Of a stretch of DNA of 64,000 bases, positions 50,044 to 58,707 are shown piece after piece (within the stretch, counting starts at the first letter, position 1; every line of letters starts with the position of its first letter). Source of the stretch: Gemmatimonas sp. (GTDB lineage Bacteria; Gemmatimonadota; Gemmatimonadetes; Gemmatimonadales; Gemmatimonadaceae); assembly GCA_965279375.1 (NCBI GenBank), contig OZ257156.1, positions 1,344,001 to 1,408,000 on the forward strand, written 5' to 3'. The notes under the pieces are model-generated. The model saw nothing but the letters and a program-made list of their open reading frames with translations. It was not told where the DNA came from and did not search any database. The position numbers and the translations under genes were made by a program.

Positions 50044-50634
50044 ATGGATGTAACCCCGCTGGTGTTTCTGCCGTTCTTCGGCGTCGTCGCTGTGCTGGGG
50101 ATTGGCGTGCCAACCGCGGCCGTGCTTGCCCTGCGCTGGCGCCGGGCGGCCGCACGCCGGACCAGCGTCGGCGGCTGCGGTCGGTGCGCGGCTCCGATGT
50201 CGGTCGCCGACGAGCAGTTCCTGGTGCTCGGTCGGCCAGTCTGTCGCGCGTGCGCGAACACGCTGCGCCGACGCGTCGGCGGGAGCATGATGGCCGTCGC
50301 ACTCACGATCACCGCATTGTTGACGGTATCCACAGGGGCGGTTCTCGTGGATCTGGTCGTCGATGGCGCCCCGTCGTGGCGGTGGTGGACGAAGAACGCG
50401 CGGCTCGCAGTCGTGGTATTGCCGACCGTCGCTCTGCTGACCGCGTCGGTGCTTGCCATTCGCGTAGGAGCGCTCGCGAATCGCCTCGGTGCGTCACGCG
50501 TAATGGGGGCCGGCGGCGGCCGTCCTCGCCTCCCGCTGCTCGCGCGCCTTCTGGCCACGTTCGAGCTGCCCGAGGAAGGGCACGACCGGGCCATACCGAT
50601 GCGCGTTCGCGCGCGTGACGACAAGACGTCGTAG
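50044..50634 (+). CDS. Membrane protein with CxxC...CxxC motif
   Basis: GGAG RBS; TM, CGRC...CRAC, two more TMs. Confidence 0.6.
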   Translation: MDVTPLVFLPFFGVVAVLGIGVPTAAVLALRWRRAAARRTSVGGCGRCAAPMSVADEQFLVLGRPVCRACANTLRRRVGGSMMAVALTITALLTVSTGAVLVDLVVDGAPSWRWWTKNARLAVVVLPTVALLTASVLAIRVGALANRLGASRVMGAGGGRPRLPLLARLLATFELPEEGHDRAIPMRVRARDDKTS

Positions 50635-50697
50635 GTTGAATGCATAGGTGACGTGAGGAACGCTAAATGGAGGGCGACCCCACAGCGATCTGGTGCC

Positions 50698-50735
50698 AGC
50701 TAACCTTGCGTTGCTGGGGAACGCGAGCGTCAGGC
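50698..50735 (+). repeat. Internally deleted 38-bp mini-attC
   Basis: AGCTAACCTTGCGTTGCTGG-GGAACGCGAGC-GTCAGGC. Confidence 0.72.
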
Positions 50736-50774
50736 CTCACCCCATTCTTGAACGCATTCCTGGAGCGGGTTGCC

Positions 50775-51524
50775 TTGGACGCACGGACGCAGGAGTTCTT
50801 AACCGCGTGTGAAGTCCATTCCGTTGCGCGCCTGCGCGCCGTGCTCGCCGCGGGCTTCGACGTGCACGCCCCGATCGCTGGCCTGAGCCCGGTCACGACG
50901 CTCGTCGAGATGTACTACCGATCGAATGCCTTCGCCGAGTGCCTCGCTCTGCTGCTCGACGCCGGCGGGACCCTGGACGATCCGCGACTCGCGCCGGTGC
51001 TCCGGAATGACCCGGACCGACTCCGCGTCGCGCTCGCGGCGGATCCTGGGTTGGTGGACCATCGCACGTCGCTCCGCTGCGCGTTCACTCCGCTCGACGG
51101 GGCCACACTCTTGCACGTGGCTGCGGAGTACGGCCATGTCGAGGTGGCGGAGGTTCTTATCGCGCACGGTGCCGACGTGAATGCCCGGGCGGCGGTCGAT
51201 CGGGACGGGTTGAACGGGCAGACGCCGATCTTCCACACCGTCAATGCGCACGCCAACCACGCAGCGCCGGTACTGGCTCTGCTGTTGGCGCATGGGGCGC
51301 GGACGGACGTGTTGCTCTCGGGGATCACCTGGGGGCGCGGCTTTCCGTGGGCGACCACCTGCTTCGACGTGACACCGATCGCGTACGCGCAGCTCGGCGC
51401 CCTGCCGCAGTTTCAGCGCAACGAGGTCCATCTCGCCGCGAACGTGACGGCGATGCTCACGGCCGCCGGGCGTCCCGTCCCCGAACACCGAAACGTCCCG
51501 AACCAGTATCTGCGTGAGGAGTGA
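50775..51524 (+). CDS. Ankyrin-repeat protein
   Basis: 'GATLLHVAAEYGHVEVAEVLIAHGADVNA', 'GQTPIF'; TTG start behind GGAG is tentative. Confidence 0.85.
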   Translation: MDARTQEFLTACEVHSVARLRAVLAAGFDVHAPIAGLSPVTTLVEMYYRSNAFAECLALLLDAGGTLDDPRLAPVLRNDPDRLRVALAADPGLVDHRTSLRCAFTPLDGATLLHVAAEYGHVEVAEVLIAHGADVNARAAVDRDGLNGQTPIFHTVNAHANHAAPVLALLLAHGARTDVLLSGITWGRGFPWATTCFDVTPIAYAQLGALPQFQRNEVHLAANVTAMLTAAGRPVPEHRNVPNQYLREE

Positions 51525-51525
51525 T

Positions 51526-51550
51526 GCCTAACTTTGCGTTGCGGCAGGCA
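51526..51550 (+). repeat. attC left-end remnant
   Basis: GTGATGCCTAACTTTGCGTTGCGGCAG; flank nearly complements GTCAGGCCTCAC at 50729. Confidence 0.68.
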
Positions 51551-51555
51551 AACTA

Positions 51556-52110
51556 ATGCGTAGTCAACTTCTCTTCGTGCAGGGCGGTGGCGCCGACACG
51601 CATGACGCGTGGGACCACAGGCTCGTGCAGAGCCTGCAGACGGCGTTGGGTCCGCACTACGAGATACGCTACCCGCGCATGCCGGACGAAGCCGATCCCC
51701 ACTACGCAGCGTGGAAGGCGGCGCTGTACGAGGAGCTTCACAAGCTCCGCGATGGGGCGATCCTCGTGGGGCACTCCATCGGCGGAACGGTGCTGCTGCA
51801 TGCCCTCGCCGAGCTGAAACCCATGCGAACATTTGGGGCAATCATCCTGCTCGCGGCGCCGTTTGTGGGCGAGGGCGGGTGGCCGAGCGACGAGATGCCG
51901 TCGGCGCCGGAATTTGCGAAGACGCTGCCGTCCGACGTTCCTGTCGTGCTGTATCAGGGGCTCGCGGATGACACCGTCCCACTCACGCATCTCGATCTGT
52001 ACACGAAGGCGATCCCCACGGCCCGCGTGCATCGACTCCCGGGCCGAGATCATCAGTTCAACGACGATCTGTCAGATGTCGCCCAGATGATCCGAACCCT
52101 GGGATCTTGA
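51556..52110 (+). CDS. Alpha/beta-hydrolase (RBBP9/YdeN-like)
   Basis: GHSIGG, D..VP, C-terminal H. Confidence 0.85.
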   Translation: MRSQLLFVQGGGADTHDAWDHRLVQSLQTALGPHYEIRYPRMPDEADPHYAAWKAALYEELHKLRDGAILVGHSIGGTVLLHALAELKPMRTFGAIILLAAPFVGEGGWPSDEMPSAPEFAKTLPSDVPVVLYQGLADDTVPLTHLDLYTKAIPTARVHRLPGRDHQFNDDLSDVAQMIRTLGS

Positions 52111-52118
52111 CGAGTTCC

Positions 52119-54782
52119 TCAACGCGCCGGCGCGAGCCCCGCCGACAGCATATTCACCAGCAGGCGTGCCGCACCGGGATGAGCCGCGTCAAGCTGCAGA
52201 TCGAGCGAGAGCGATGTGTAGATGATCGTGCCTTTGCCAAGCCGAGTCACGAGGATTCCGCCGCTGAGCGGCGTCTGTCCCGGGTCGTCGATTGCAATTG
52301 GCGCCGCGAAGCGTGGGTCGAAGGATGCAGGTACGCCGCGCGCGCGATAGCCGAACCATCGTTCGAAATCCTTCGCGGTCAGCACGTTGGGCCAGTTGAG
52401 CAGTGGTGACTTAGGCTCCAAAACGCGCACGATCGCCGCAGGATCGTTCACGCGTCGCGGTGAGTCTCCAAAGCTCACGTTGTAGTTAAAGAGTCCACTG
52501 CGCGCCACCTCATCGCCACCCGGCAGTACAACCACGGTCCCGCCATCGCGAACGAAGCTCTGCAGCCTGGGCACCACGACCGCGCCATTCTCGCCGCTCA
52601 GCGCGCCAGCGCCCACCAGGATCGTGGTGAACTGACGCAAGTTCACGACTGCCAGCAGCAGCGGCGAAAACATCTGGGCGTTCACCTTCAACTGTGATAA
52701 CGGTTCGCGCAAATCCTCGAGTCCGCGAACGTATGCCACCCTCAAGGTCGGCGGCACGCGGAGATTCACCGCCTCCAGTCGATCTTCCGCAATGCGAATG
52801 AAGTTCTGCGAGGGGATGTGAGGATAGTCTCGCACCACTACGCCAGCGCCGACTTCAGGCGGTGGGTTGGGCGACGGCTTGAGATTGGCAACCGTCTGCG
52901 CCGTTGCCGACAATACGTGTTCGCCGGTTGGCAACGACCCTTGCACCCGAAAGAACACATTGCGCGCGCCGAACGGTGGCAACGCAACCCGCCGAACGAC
53001 CGAATCGACTCGGAGTCCGGTCGGCACAATGAGTCTCACCAACAGCGTGTCGGCGGCATCGCGCGCGGAGGAGACGTAGACGCGAAACACGCGATCGATC
53101 GGTGTCGCCGCCCATTCGTATTCGGCGCTACGATCGAGCAGCACCGATGTGCGCTGCACACCAATCAACGGTCGACTGACATCACCACGCAGCATGGTTG
53201 GGGTGCGATAGCTGAGTGGTCGTACGATGATCGGGACCTCAACATCGTCCAGGGCAATCGTTGCCTTCACGCCACTCGTGGCAATGCGATCCTCGCCGCT
53301 GATCAGTCGCGGAATGACTGGACTACGCATGCTGGTGCGAAAATCGTGAACGCGCGTTCCCTCGAGCAGCCCGTAGATCTGCCACCAGAAGTACGTCGGT
53401 GCCGGCATCCGGACACTCGTCGACCACGACGCGGCGCTATCCTGTAACACGGCGATACTCGTGTCGCGGACGATCACCGAAAGCCGTCCCGAAGCAAACG
53501 TGGCAAGTCGTCGAAGGCCAACGGTACGGGTACCGCCGTTGAACAGTGTCAACGACACAGGGACTGTGTCTCCCGCAGCGACGACTTGTCGATCGACAAC
53601 GCCATCGATCACGATGCCGGCCGCGCCCAGCATGGCCTGCGTCGCGCGTTCGCGAATCGAGTTGAGCGCGACGGCGAAATCACCATGGAGGTTTGCGCAC
53701 GCCGGTACGCCGGACTCGTCGCGGCACGGAAACGCGAGACGGACCACGCTCGCGCGCCGCGCCACGCGCGCAAAGCGGACCGCAAGGTCGGCAGACGAAC
53801 CTTGCGATGCGGCGACAACCGCGTCGATTTCACTGCGCAGCGAGTCCAGCTGCGTGGTGAGCTCCGGCTGCGAGGGCATGCGGAATCTGGCGAGCGTGGT
53901 ATCGAGGCTTCCGAAGAGCGATGGACCAGTCCCCACTCGTGAGCTATCCAATCGCAAGCGACGAGTGATGACGCCGATCGGAGGCGACACCACCCCGCCT
54001 TGCGTTCGCTGGACCTTCCGAATCTCGGCGCCGACCTCGGCGAAACTTCTTCCCGTCGAGACGTCATACTCACCGACGTTGAGACTGACTGTGCCCGGCG
54101 TCGTCGCCGCGTCCGTTCGCGCATCCGCTCGCGTGAACAGTCGCGACGGCGACCAGACGGACAATCGCGACGTGCTTGCCGGAGGCATGCGCAGCGAGTC
54201 CGCCGCCAATGCGAACGCTTCCGCAGCGAGACGAGCGGTCATTCGACGAGTCGCATCGCGTTCGCCGATCTCCGACGCCAACACAATGATGACGTGCGGC
54301 CTGTAGGCACGGATGACCGACACCACGTCGCGCAGCAGCGAGTCCTTGGGCCACATCACCGCAGCAACTGAATCAGAATTGGTAAAGCCAAAGTCGTACG
54401 CGCGCGAAAAGTACTGATGCGCGTGATCGCGACCGCGCGAGCCGAGCAGTTCGGCGGTGCGGACGCTCCCCAGCGGAAACTCATTCTCGGCGCCGATCGC
54501 GTTGACGCCGCTTTCTCCGCGCGTCATCGACAGAAACGCTGTCTCGACGTGGCGGCCGAGGGACAGCCATGCGACCAGTGCATTGTCATCATCTTCGGGG
54601 CGCGTACCAATGAGCAGTACACGCGCCGACGAGCCGAGGTGTGGTGCTGCTGCTCGCCAGTCGGTTGTCGATGTCACGGACTGCGCGTACGCGGGCGGGG
54701 CAGCGACGTGCGCAGCGAGGGCGAAGGTGACAGCAAGCAGTGCTGTGCGCCGTCGCCACAAACCCTTGATGTTCAAGCTCAT
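52119..54782 (-). CDS. PIG-L/LmbE-family secreted protein with Ig-like and GATase-like domains; metal ligands appear lost
   Basis: 'LSMTRGE.G.N.IG.E...LG.VRT.EL', 'QYFSRAYDFGF', 'VIRAYRPHVI', C-terminal 'GAARLLVN'. Confidence 0.85.
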   Translation of the reverse strand: MSLNIKGLWRRRTALLAVTFALAAHVAAPPAYAQSVTSTTDWRAAAPHLGSSARVLLIGTRPEDDDNALVAWLSLGRHVETAFLSMTRGESGVNAIGAENEFPLGSVRTAELLGSRGRDHAHQYFSRAYDFGFTNSDSVAAVMWPKDSLLRDVVSVIRAYRPHVIIVLASEIGERDATRRMTARLAAEAFALAADSLRMPPASTSRLSVWSPSRLFTRADARTDAATTPGTVSLNVGEYDVSTGRSFAEVGAEIRKVQRTQGGVVSPPIGVITRRLRLDSSRVGTGPSLFGSLDTTLARFRMPSQPELTTQLDSLRSEIDAVVAASQGSSADLAVRFARVARRASVVRLAFPCRDESGVPACANLHGDFAVALNSIRERATQAMLGAAGIVIDGVVDRQVVAAGDTVPVSLTLFNGGTRTVGLRRLATFASGRLSVIVRDTSIAVLQDSAASWSTSVRMPAPTYFWWQIYGLLEGTRVHDFRTSMRSPVIPRLISGEDRIATSGVKATIALDDVEVPIIVRPLSYRTPTMLRGDVSRPLIGVQRTSVLLDRSAEYEWAATPIDRVFRVYVSSARDAADTLLVRLIVPTGLRVDSVVRRVALPPFGARNVFFRVQGSLPTGEHVLSATAQTVANLKPSPNPPPEVGAGVVVRDYPHIPSQNFIRIAEDRLEAVNLRVPPTLRVAYVRGLEDLREPLSQLKVNAQMFSPLLLAVVNLRQFTTILVGAGALSGENGAVVVPRLQSFVRDGGTVVVLPGGDEVARSGLFNYNVSFGDSPRRVNDPAAIVRVLEPKSPLLNWPNVLTAKDFERWFGYRARGVPASFDPRFAAPIAIDDPGQTPLSGGILVTRLGKGTIIYTSLSLDLQLDAAHPGAARLLVNMLSAGLAPAR

Positions 54783-56116
54783 TTCGGTGAGATGACCACG
54801 TCGATCGTGCGAATGGCGGAGGACGGTGTCACCGATGCGCCCTTTGTTCCAGCGATCTTGAACAGAAAGTTGATCTGCACGAGCTGCTTCACGCGCCGCG
54901 CACTGACCCGCGCGGGATTGAACTCCAGATCCGCGAGCGCGACTCGGATCGCGTCAACCAGCCGCGCATCTGTGCTGCTCAGAACCTTGAGCGTCGGAGG
55001 TTGGACGCGACCCATCGTGTCCACGACCATCTGTGCTGTCACACTGCCGCTGACCTTTTGCTGGCGCAGGTCATCCGGATACGCCGGGAGTGGGGAACCC
55101 GCCAGCAAGGTGGCTTGGGAGTCCACTTGGAATTCGCGCAGAGGTCTTTGCGGCGGCGCGCTCTGTGGTGCGTACTGCAGCGCGAGCTTGGGTACGCGCA
55201 CCGCGCTCAACTCACGCGCCAGCACGGGCGACGCGGCGAACGATGTGCAGGCGAGGCAGATCGCGCCGAATGTGATCGTGAATCGCATACGATTGGTTGG
55301 CGCTTCGGTGTGCATCACGTTGATACGCTCCTCTAGCATCGACGGGAATCCAGCGATGAATGCGGTTATGGTGGTTTGCCGCTGCTGCTGCGCCGTGAGC
55401 AACAGCAAGCGTGCATAGCGTGTCGCATCCGCGCCGGTGCGCAGCACGCGTGCATCACAATCGACTTCGATGGCGAGACGCAGCCGCTGCACGATCCACC
55501 AGACGCCCACGTTCCACGGCATGAGCGCGCGCAGCAGAGTGGCGACCAACAGCAGCGCCGGATCAGCAGCTCGTATGTGCGCTTCTTCGTGGCGCAGCAC
55601 GAGGTCGCAATCGGTCTCTGCTAAGTCGAAGGCCCAGGCTGGGAGAATGATCCGCGGTCGTACAATGCCGAATACCGCGGGCCCGATGTTTGGCGACCCA
55701 AGTACAGCACGACCGACTGCGGTCCTGACGATGGCATTGCTGCGCATCCGATGAAGCACGCCGGCCGTACGCGCGGCGCGAACGAGAAGACATGTTGTTG
55801 CGATCGCCCAGACCATCAGGAGCAGCGAGTCGAATTGCGCGAGGCGTTCGCGCCACTGTCGCCGTGCATCGATCGCGATTGGTGCGGGGTTGGTCGAGGC
55901 AGCCTGTACGCTGGTCGCCGATGTCGTTGCCGGCTCACTGCGTGCCGCGCGAAGAATCGGCGAGGCAATCGGCCACAGACTCGCGACGAGAAGCGCCACC
56001 AGCCAGATACCGCGCGACTGCTTCTGGAACAGACGCAACAATCGATCGACGGCGAATGCCGCCGCGCCCACCGTCAGCGCGAAGGCGCAGGCGCTCAACA
56101 TCCAGAGCGCAATCAT
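54779..56116 (-). CDS. M56 (BlaR1-type) peptidase fused to TonB C-terminal domain
   Basis: HEEAH..A.D, PWN, 'EVDCDARVL'; 'PAYP...GSV....VVD..GRV...FNPA'. Confidence 0.9.
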   Translation of the reverse strand: MIALWMLSACAFALTVGAAAFAVDRLLRLFQKQSRGIWLVALLVASLWPIASPILRAARSEPATTSATSVQAASTNPAPIAIDARRQWRERLAQFDSLLLMVWAIATTCLLVRAARTAGVLHRMRSNAIVRTAVGRAVLGSPNIGPAVFGIVRPRIILPAWAFDLAETDCDLVLRHEEAHIRAADPALLLVATLLRALMPWNVGVWWIVQRLRLAIEVDCDARVLRTGADATRYARLLLLTAQQQRQTTITAFIAGFPSMLEERINVMHTEAPTNRMRFTITFGAICLACTSFAASPVLARELSAVRVPKLALQYAPQSAPPQRPLREFQVDSQATLLAGSPLPAYPDDLRQQKVSGSVTAQMVVDTMGRVQPPTLKVLSSTDARLVDAIRVALADLEFNPARVSARRVKQLVQINFLFKIAGTKGASVTPSSAIRTIDVVISPK

Positions 56117-56496
56117 GACGTGCCCCGTTTGCGCGGAGTGCTCGCCGATATACGCGCTGCCATGGCTCGCAGGTCATCCGCGTCAATGCATTCGTCGTCG
56201 ACAAGCCGTAGCAGCAAGGCTTCGGGCGAACCGCCAAAGAAGCCGCTCAGGATGCGCCGCATGGCCGAGCGCTGTGCGGTGCGCTGAGCGATCCGGGGTG
56301 AGTATCGGTGACCTCGCCCTTCGACCACGCGCTTGAGCAGCTTCTTGCTTTCGAGCTTGCGAAGAATCGCGAGGACCGTGGTGTACGCCACGTCGGCGTC
56401 GAGCCATTCATGCACCTCGGCCACCGTCCCGCTGCCATGCTCCCAGAGCACGGCCATGACGTCCAATTCTCGACTACCGAGTGAAAGCTCGTCCAT
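56113..56496 (-). CDS. BlaI/MecI/CopY family repressor
   Basis: 'RELDVMAVLW.HG.GTV.EV...AYTTV...L..K...FFGGS'. Confidence 0.93.
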   Translation of the reverse strand: MDELSLGSRELDVMAVLWEHGSGTVAEVHEWLDADVAYTTVLAILRKLESKKLLKRVVEGRGHRYSPRIAQRTAQRSAMRRILSGFFGGSPEALLLRLVDDECIDADDLRAMAARISASTPRKRGTS

Positions 56497-56522
56497 GTAT
56501 GACCAGTCCGAGGCCAGTGTGA

Positions 56523-56571
56523 GCTACTACGGTGATAGTAGCACGCTATCTCCGCCTGGACGTGTCGTCAA
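56523..56571 (-). promoter_or_regulatory. Promoter and BlaI-type operator
   Basis: Minus strand TTGACG-N17-TAGCGT followed directly by the dyad GCTACTA-N6-TAGTAGC (56523-56542). Confidence 0.72.
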
Positions 56572-56707
56572 CTCTGGCGTTGTGGTTTCGCGCGGAGCGA
56601 CCGACGGTGCACGACGCCGTGCGGACAGGGTCGGTGGAACCGTTCGCATGGGCTCGCGTATGGCAAAAGCAGTCTGACCATCACTGAACGCACGAGAGGA
56701 GCGCGAC

Positions 56708-57187
56708 ATGAACTGGCGTCATCGCGTACGCGGCATCGCGGGCCTCGCAGGCACGTGGGGGCTGGCGCTCTCAGCGCTGGCGACGGCGTCGGTTGTCGTC
56801 GGACTCGCGCTGGGCGTGGTGCCGTCCGAGTTCTTCGGTCCTCGCGAAGTCGGTGCGATTGCCCTCCGCGGATTCGCGGCCGGAGCGATCTCGGGCGCGC
56901 TGTTCGGTTGGATCATGGCGTCGCGTGAGCGCGGCCGCCTCCTGTCTGCGCTGTCGCGTCGCCGAGTGGCGCTGTGGGGGTTCGCCGCAGCCGGGGGCGT
57001 GATTCCCGTCGCGGCCCTCGCGGTGCTCGCGACGAGTGGACTCGCGCTGCCGATGGGCGTGCTCGCGGCGGCGACCGGGCTGGCAGGCGCTGGCGGAAGT
57101 CTCTTCAGCGTCGGCCTGCTTTGGAGTGCGCAGCGCGCGCCAGACCGAGTGTTGGACCACGCGGAGGCGAAGCGCTTGAAGTCGTGA
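56708..57187 (+). CDS. Hypothetical membrane protein
   Basis: GAGGAG RBS; four hydrophobic segments. Confidence 0.7.
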   Translation: MNWRHRVRGIAGLAGTWGLALSALATASVVVGLALGVVPSEFFGPREVGAIALRGFAAGAISGALFGWIMASRERGRLLSALSRRRVALWGFAAAGGVIPVAALAVLATSGLALPMGVLAAATGLAGAGGSLFSVGLLWSAQRAPDRVLDHAEAKRLKS

Positions 57188-57283
57188 CCCCTCCGCCCGG
57201 GCGCCCCAGAAACGTCGAGCGCGCTGCGCACGTATGCCTGAGGTCGAGACGTACTGGCACATGACGAACCCTCCGGGCAGACG

Positions 57284-58528
57284 ATGAAGCGAGTGTTAGT
57301 GGCGGCGGTAGCGATTCTCGTGTGGACCGGTGTCGCCGGCTACGGCGCGATCGAAGGCTGGTGGCTCCGTCCGATTGCGCCCCGGGGCGATGCGCAGGCG
57401 TTCATGCAGGCTGCAACGGCGATGGCCAACGCCGAGAGCAAGGGCAATTTCGCCCTCGTCCTGATGCGCCAAGGCGCGGTGTACGCGGAGCAATACACGC
57501 CCTCGATCGATCCGGTGAATCGGGACACCCGTTTTCCCTTGGCGTCGATGAGCAAGTGGTTCACCGCCTACGCCGTGATGCAACTCGCGCAGTCCAGTCG
57601 AGTGGATCTGGATGCGCCGGTGTCGACATATCTCACGCAGTGGCAGCTCCCCGCAGGCGCGTTTGACGCCAAGCAGGTCACGATCCGTCGGCTATTGTCG
57701 CACACTGCCGGTTTGACGGATGGGCTGGGGTTTGGCGACTACCTGCCCAGCGAATCGCTGCCCTCGATTGGAGAAACGCTACGGCATCCGCGGGCGTCTT
57801 CCGACTCCGCCGTCACCATCGCGGTGGGCCGCGCGCCGGGCGGCGAGTTTCAGTACTCGGGCGGCGGCTATCTGATGCTCCAAGCGTTGCTGGAGGACGT
57901 GACCGGCACGCCCTTCGCGACGTGGATGCAGGACTCGGTCTTTCGTCCGATCGGCATGCCGCGCGCGACCTACGAGTATCTCGGCTCGCTCGACAACGTA
58001 TCGCGGTCATTCGACGCGCGCGGGGCGCTCGTTCCGACCTATCGATACGCGGCGGCCGGCGCCACCGGGCTCTCGGCGTCGGCGCGTGACCTGATCGCGT
58101 TTGCGCAGGCGCAGGCGCAGGTGGATCAGCGTGCGGGTGCGCCGCTGCGACGCGCGACCCTCGAGCGCATGCGGGAGCCACACGGCCGCCGACTGGGCCT
58201 CGAGATCTGGGGACTCGGCGTTGCACTCTACGCGCCGACGGCGAGCGGCGCGTACGTCTATGGCCACGATGGAGCGAATACGCCTGCGATCAATACGTCG
58301 ATGCGGATCAACCCGGACAACGGCGATGCGGTGATCGTGCTGGTCACGGGGCACCCGGCATTGGCCAGCGCGATCGGTTCCGAGTGGACGCTCTGGCAAA
58401 CGGGCGTGGTCGACTTCCTGTCGATCAAGCGCGCCCTCCGCTCGGCGCTGGTGCCGTGGCTCCTTGGTCTCGCGACGATGGCGGCACTGTGGACATGGCG
58501 GACGAAGCGTCGGTACCGCGCGACCTGA
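57284..58528 (+). CDS. Serine hydrolase (beta-lactamase-related), membrane-anchored
   Basis: SMSK, LLSHTAGL, YSGGG, HDG. Confidence 0.9.
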   Translation: MKRVLVAAVAILVWTGVAGYGAIEGWWLRPIAPRGDAQAFMQAATAMANAESKGNFALVLMRQGAVYAEQYTPSIDPVNRDTRFPLASMSKWFTAYAVMQLAQSSRVDLDAPVSTYLTQWQLPAGAFDAKQVTIRRLLSHTAGLTDGLGFGDYLPSESLPSIGETLRHPRASSDSAVTIAVGRAPGGEFQYSGGGYLMLQALLEDVTGTPFATWMQDSVFRPIGMPRATYEYLGSLDNVSRSFDARGALVPTYRYAAAGATGLSASARDLIAFAQAQAQVDQRAGAPLRRATLERMREPHGRRLGLEIWGLGVALYAPTASGAYVYGHDGANTPAINTSMRINPDNGDAVIVLVTGHPALASAIGSEWTLWQTGVVDFLSIKRALRSALVPWLLGLATMAALWTWRTKRRYRAT

Positions 58529-58547
58529 AGTCGAATTGATGCGGTCG

Positions 58548-58641
58548 ACGTAACAGCAGTTCCCCGTTCAGCTCGCGCACTGGCGAGCGCTCGTGCACGG
58601 CTTCCTATTCCGAGCGACCGCTGTCAGTGCACGCGTTGGAT
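58548..58641 (+). repeat. Highly degenerate attC remnant (subtype B)
   Basis: ACGTAAC...CACGGCTTCCTATT(C/T)..GAGCG shared with 1034-1152...GTTGGAT. Confidence 0.55.
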
Positions 58642-58707
58642 CGTGCGCGATGACGGACCGATTGATGTTCTGATTGCAACTTCTCTGGCACCGGAGTCGA
58701 CCGCCTC

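Larger units (their letters stand above)
1..52110 (+). mobile_element. Integron gene-cassette array (superintegron-like, or CALIN if no intI exists upstream); about 40 attC sites, no integrase in window
   Basis: Recurrent ~110-bp imperfect palindrome (nnCTAACCTTGCGTTGC...GAAGGGCCCTGC..GAACGCGATCGTTAGnn) in one orientation after nearly every 1-4 genes; cassette start GTTRRRY usually complements the cassette's own downstream RYYYAAC. Array is open at the left edge; right boundary is fuzzy, with one more remnant at ~58.5 kb. Confidence 0.93.

Noticed and set aside
50667..50774. Upstream extension of the ankyrin ORF
   Set aside because: It crosses the mini-attC; a start after 50735 is more plausible.
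1034..51550. Repeats as a CRISPR array or REP/BIME elements
   Set aside because: Units are ~110 bp, imperfect, separated by whole genes, all in one orientation and bounded by AAC/GTT cores; no cas genes are present.
12904..58528. Calling the four SxxK proteins beta-lactamases
   Set aside because: The motifs are shared with esterases and peptidases of the same fold; activity cannot be read from sequence.
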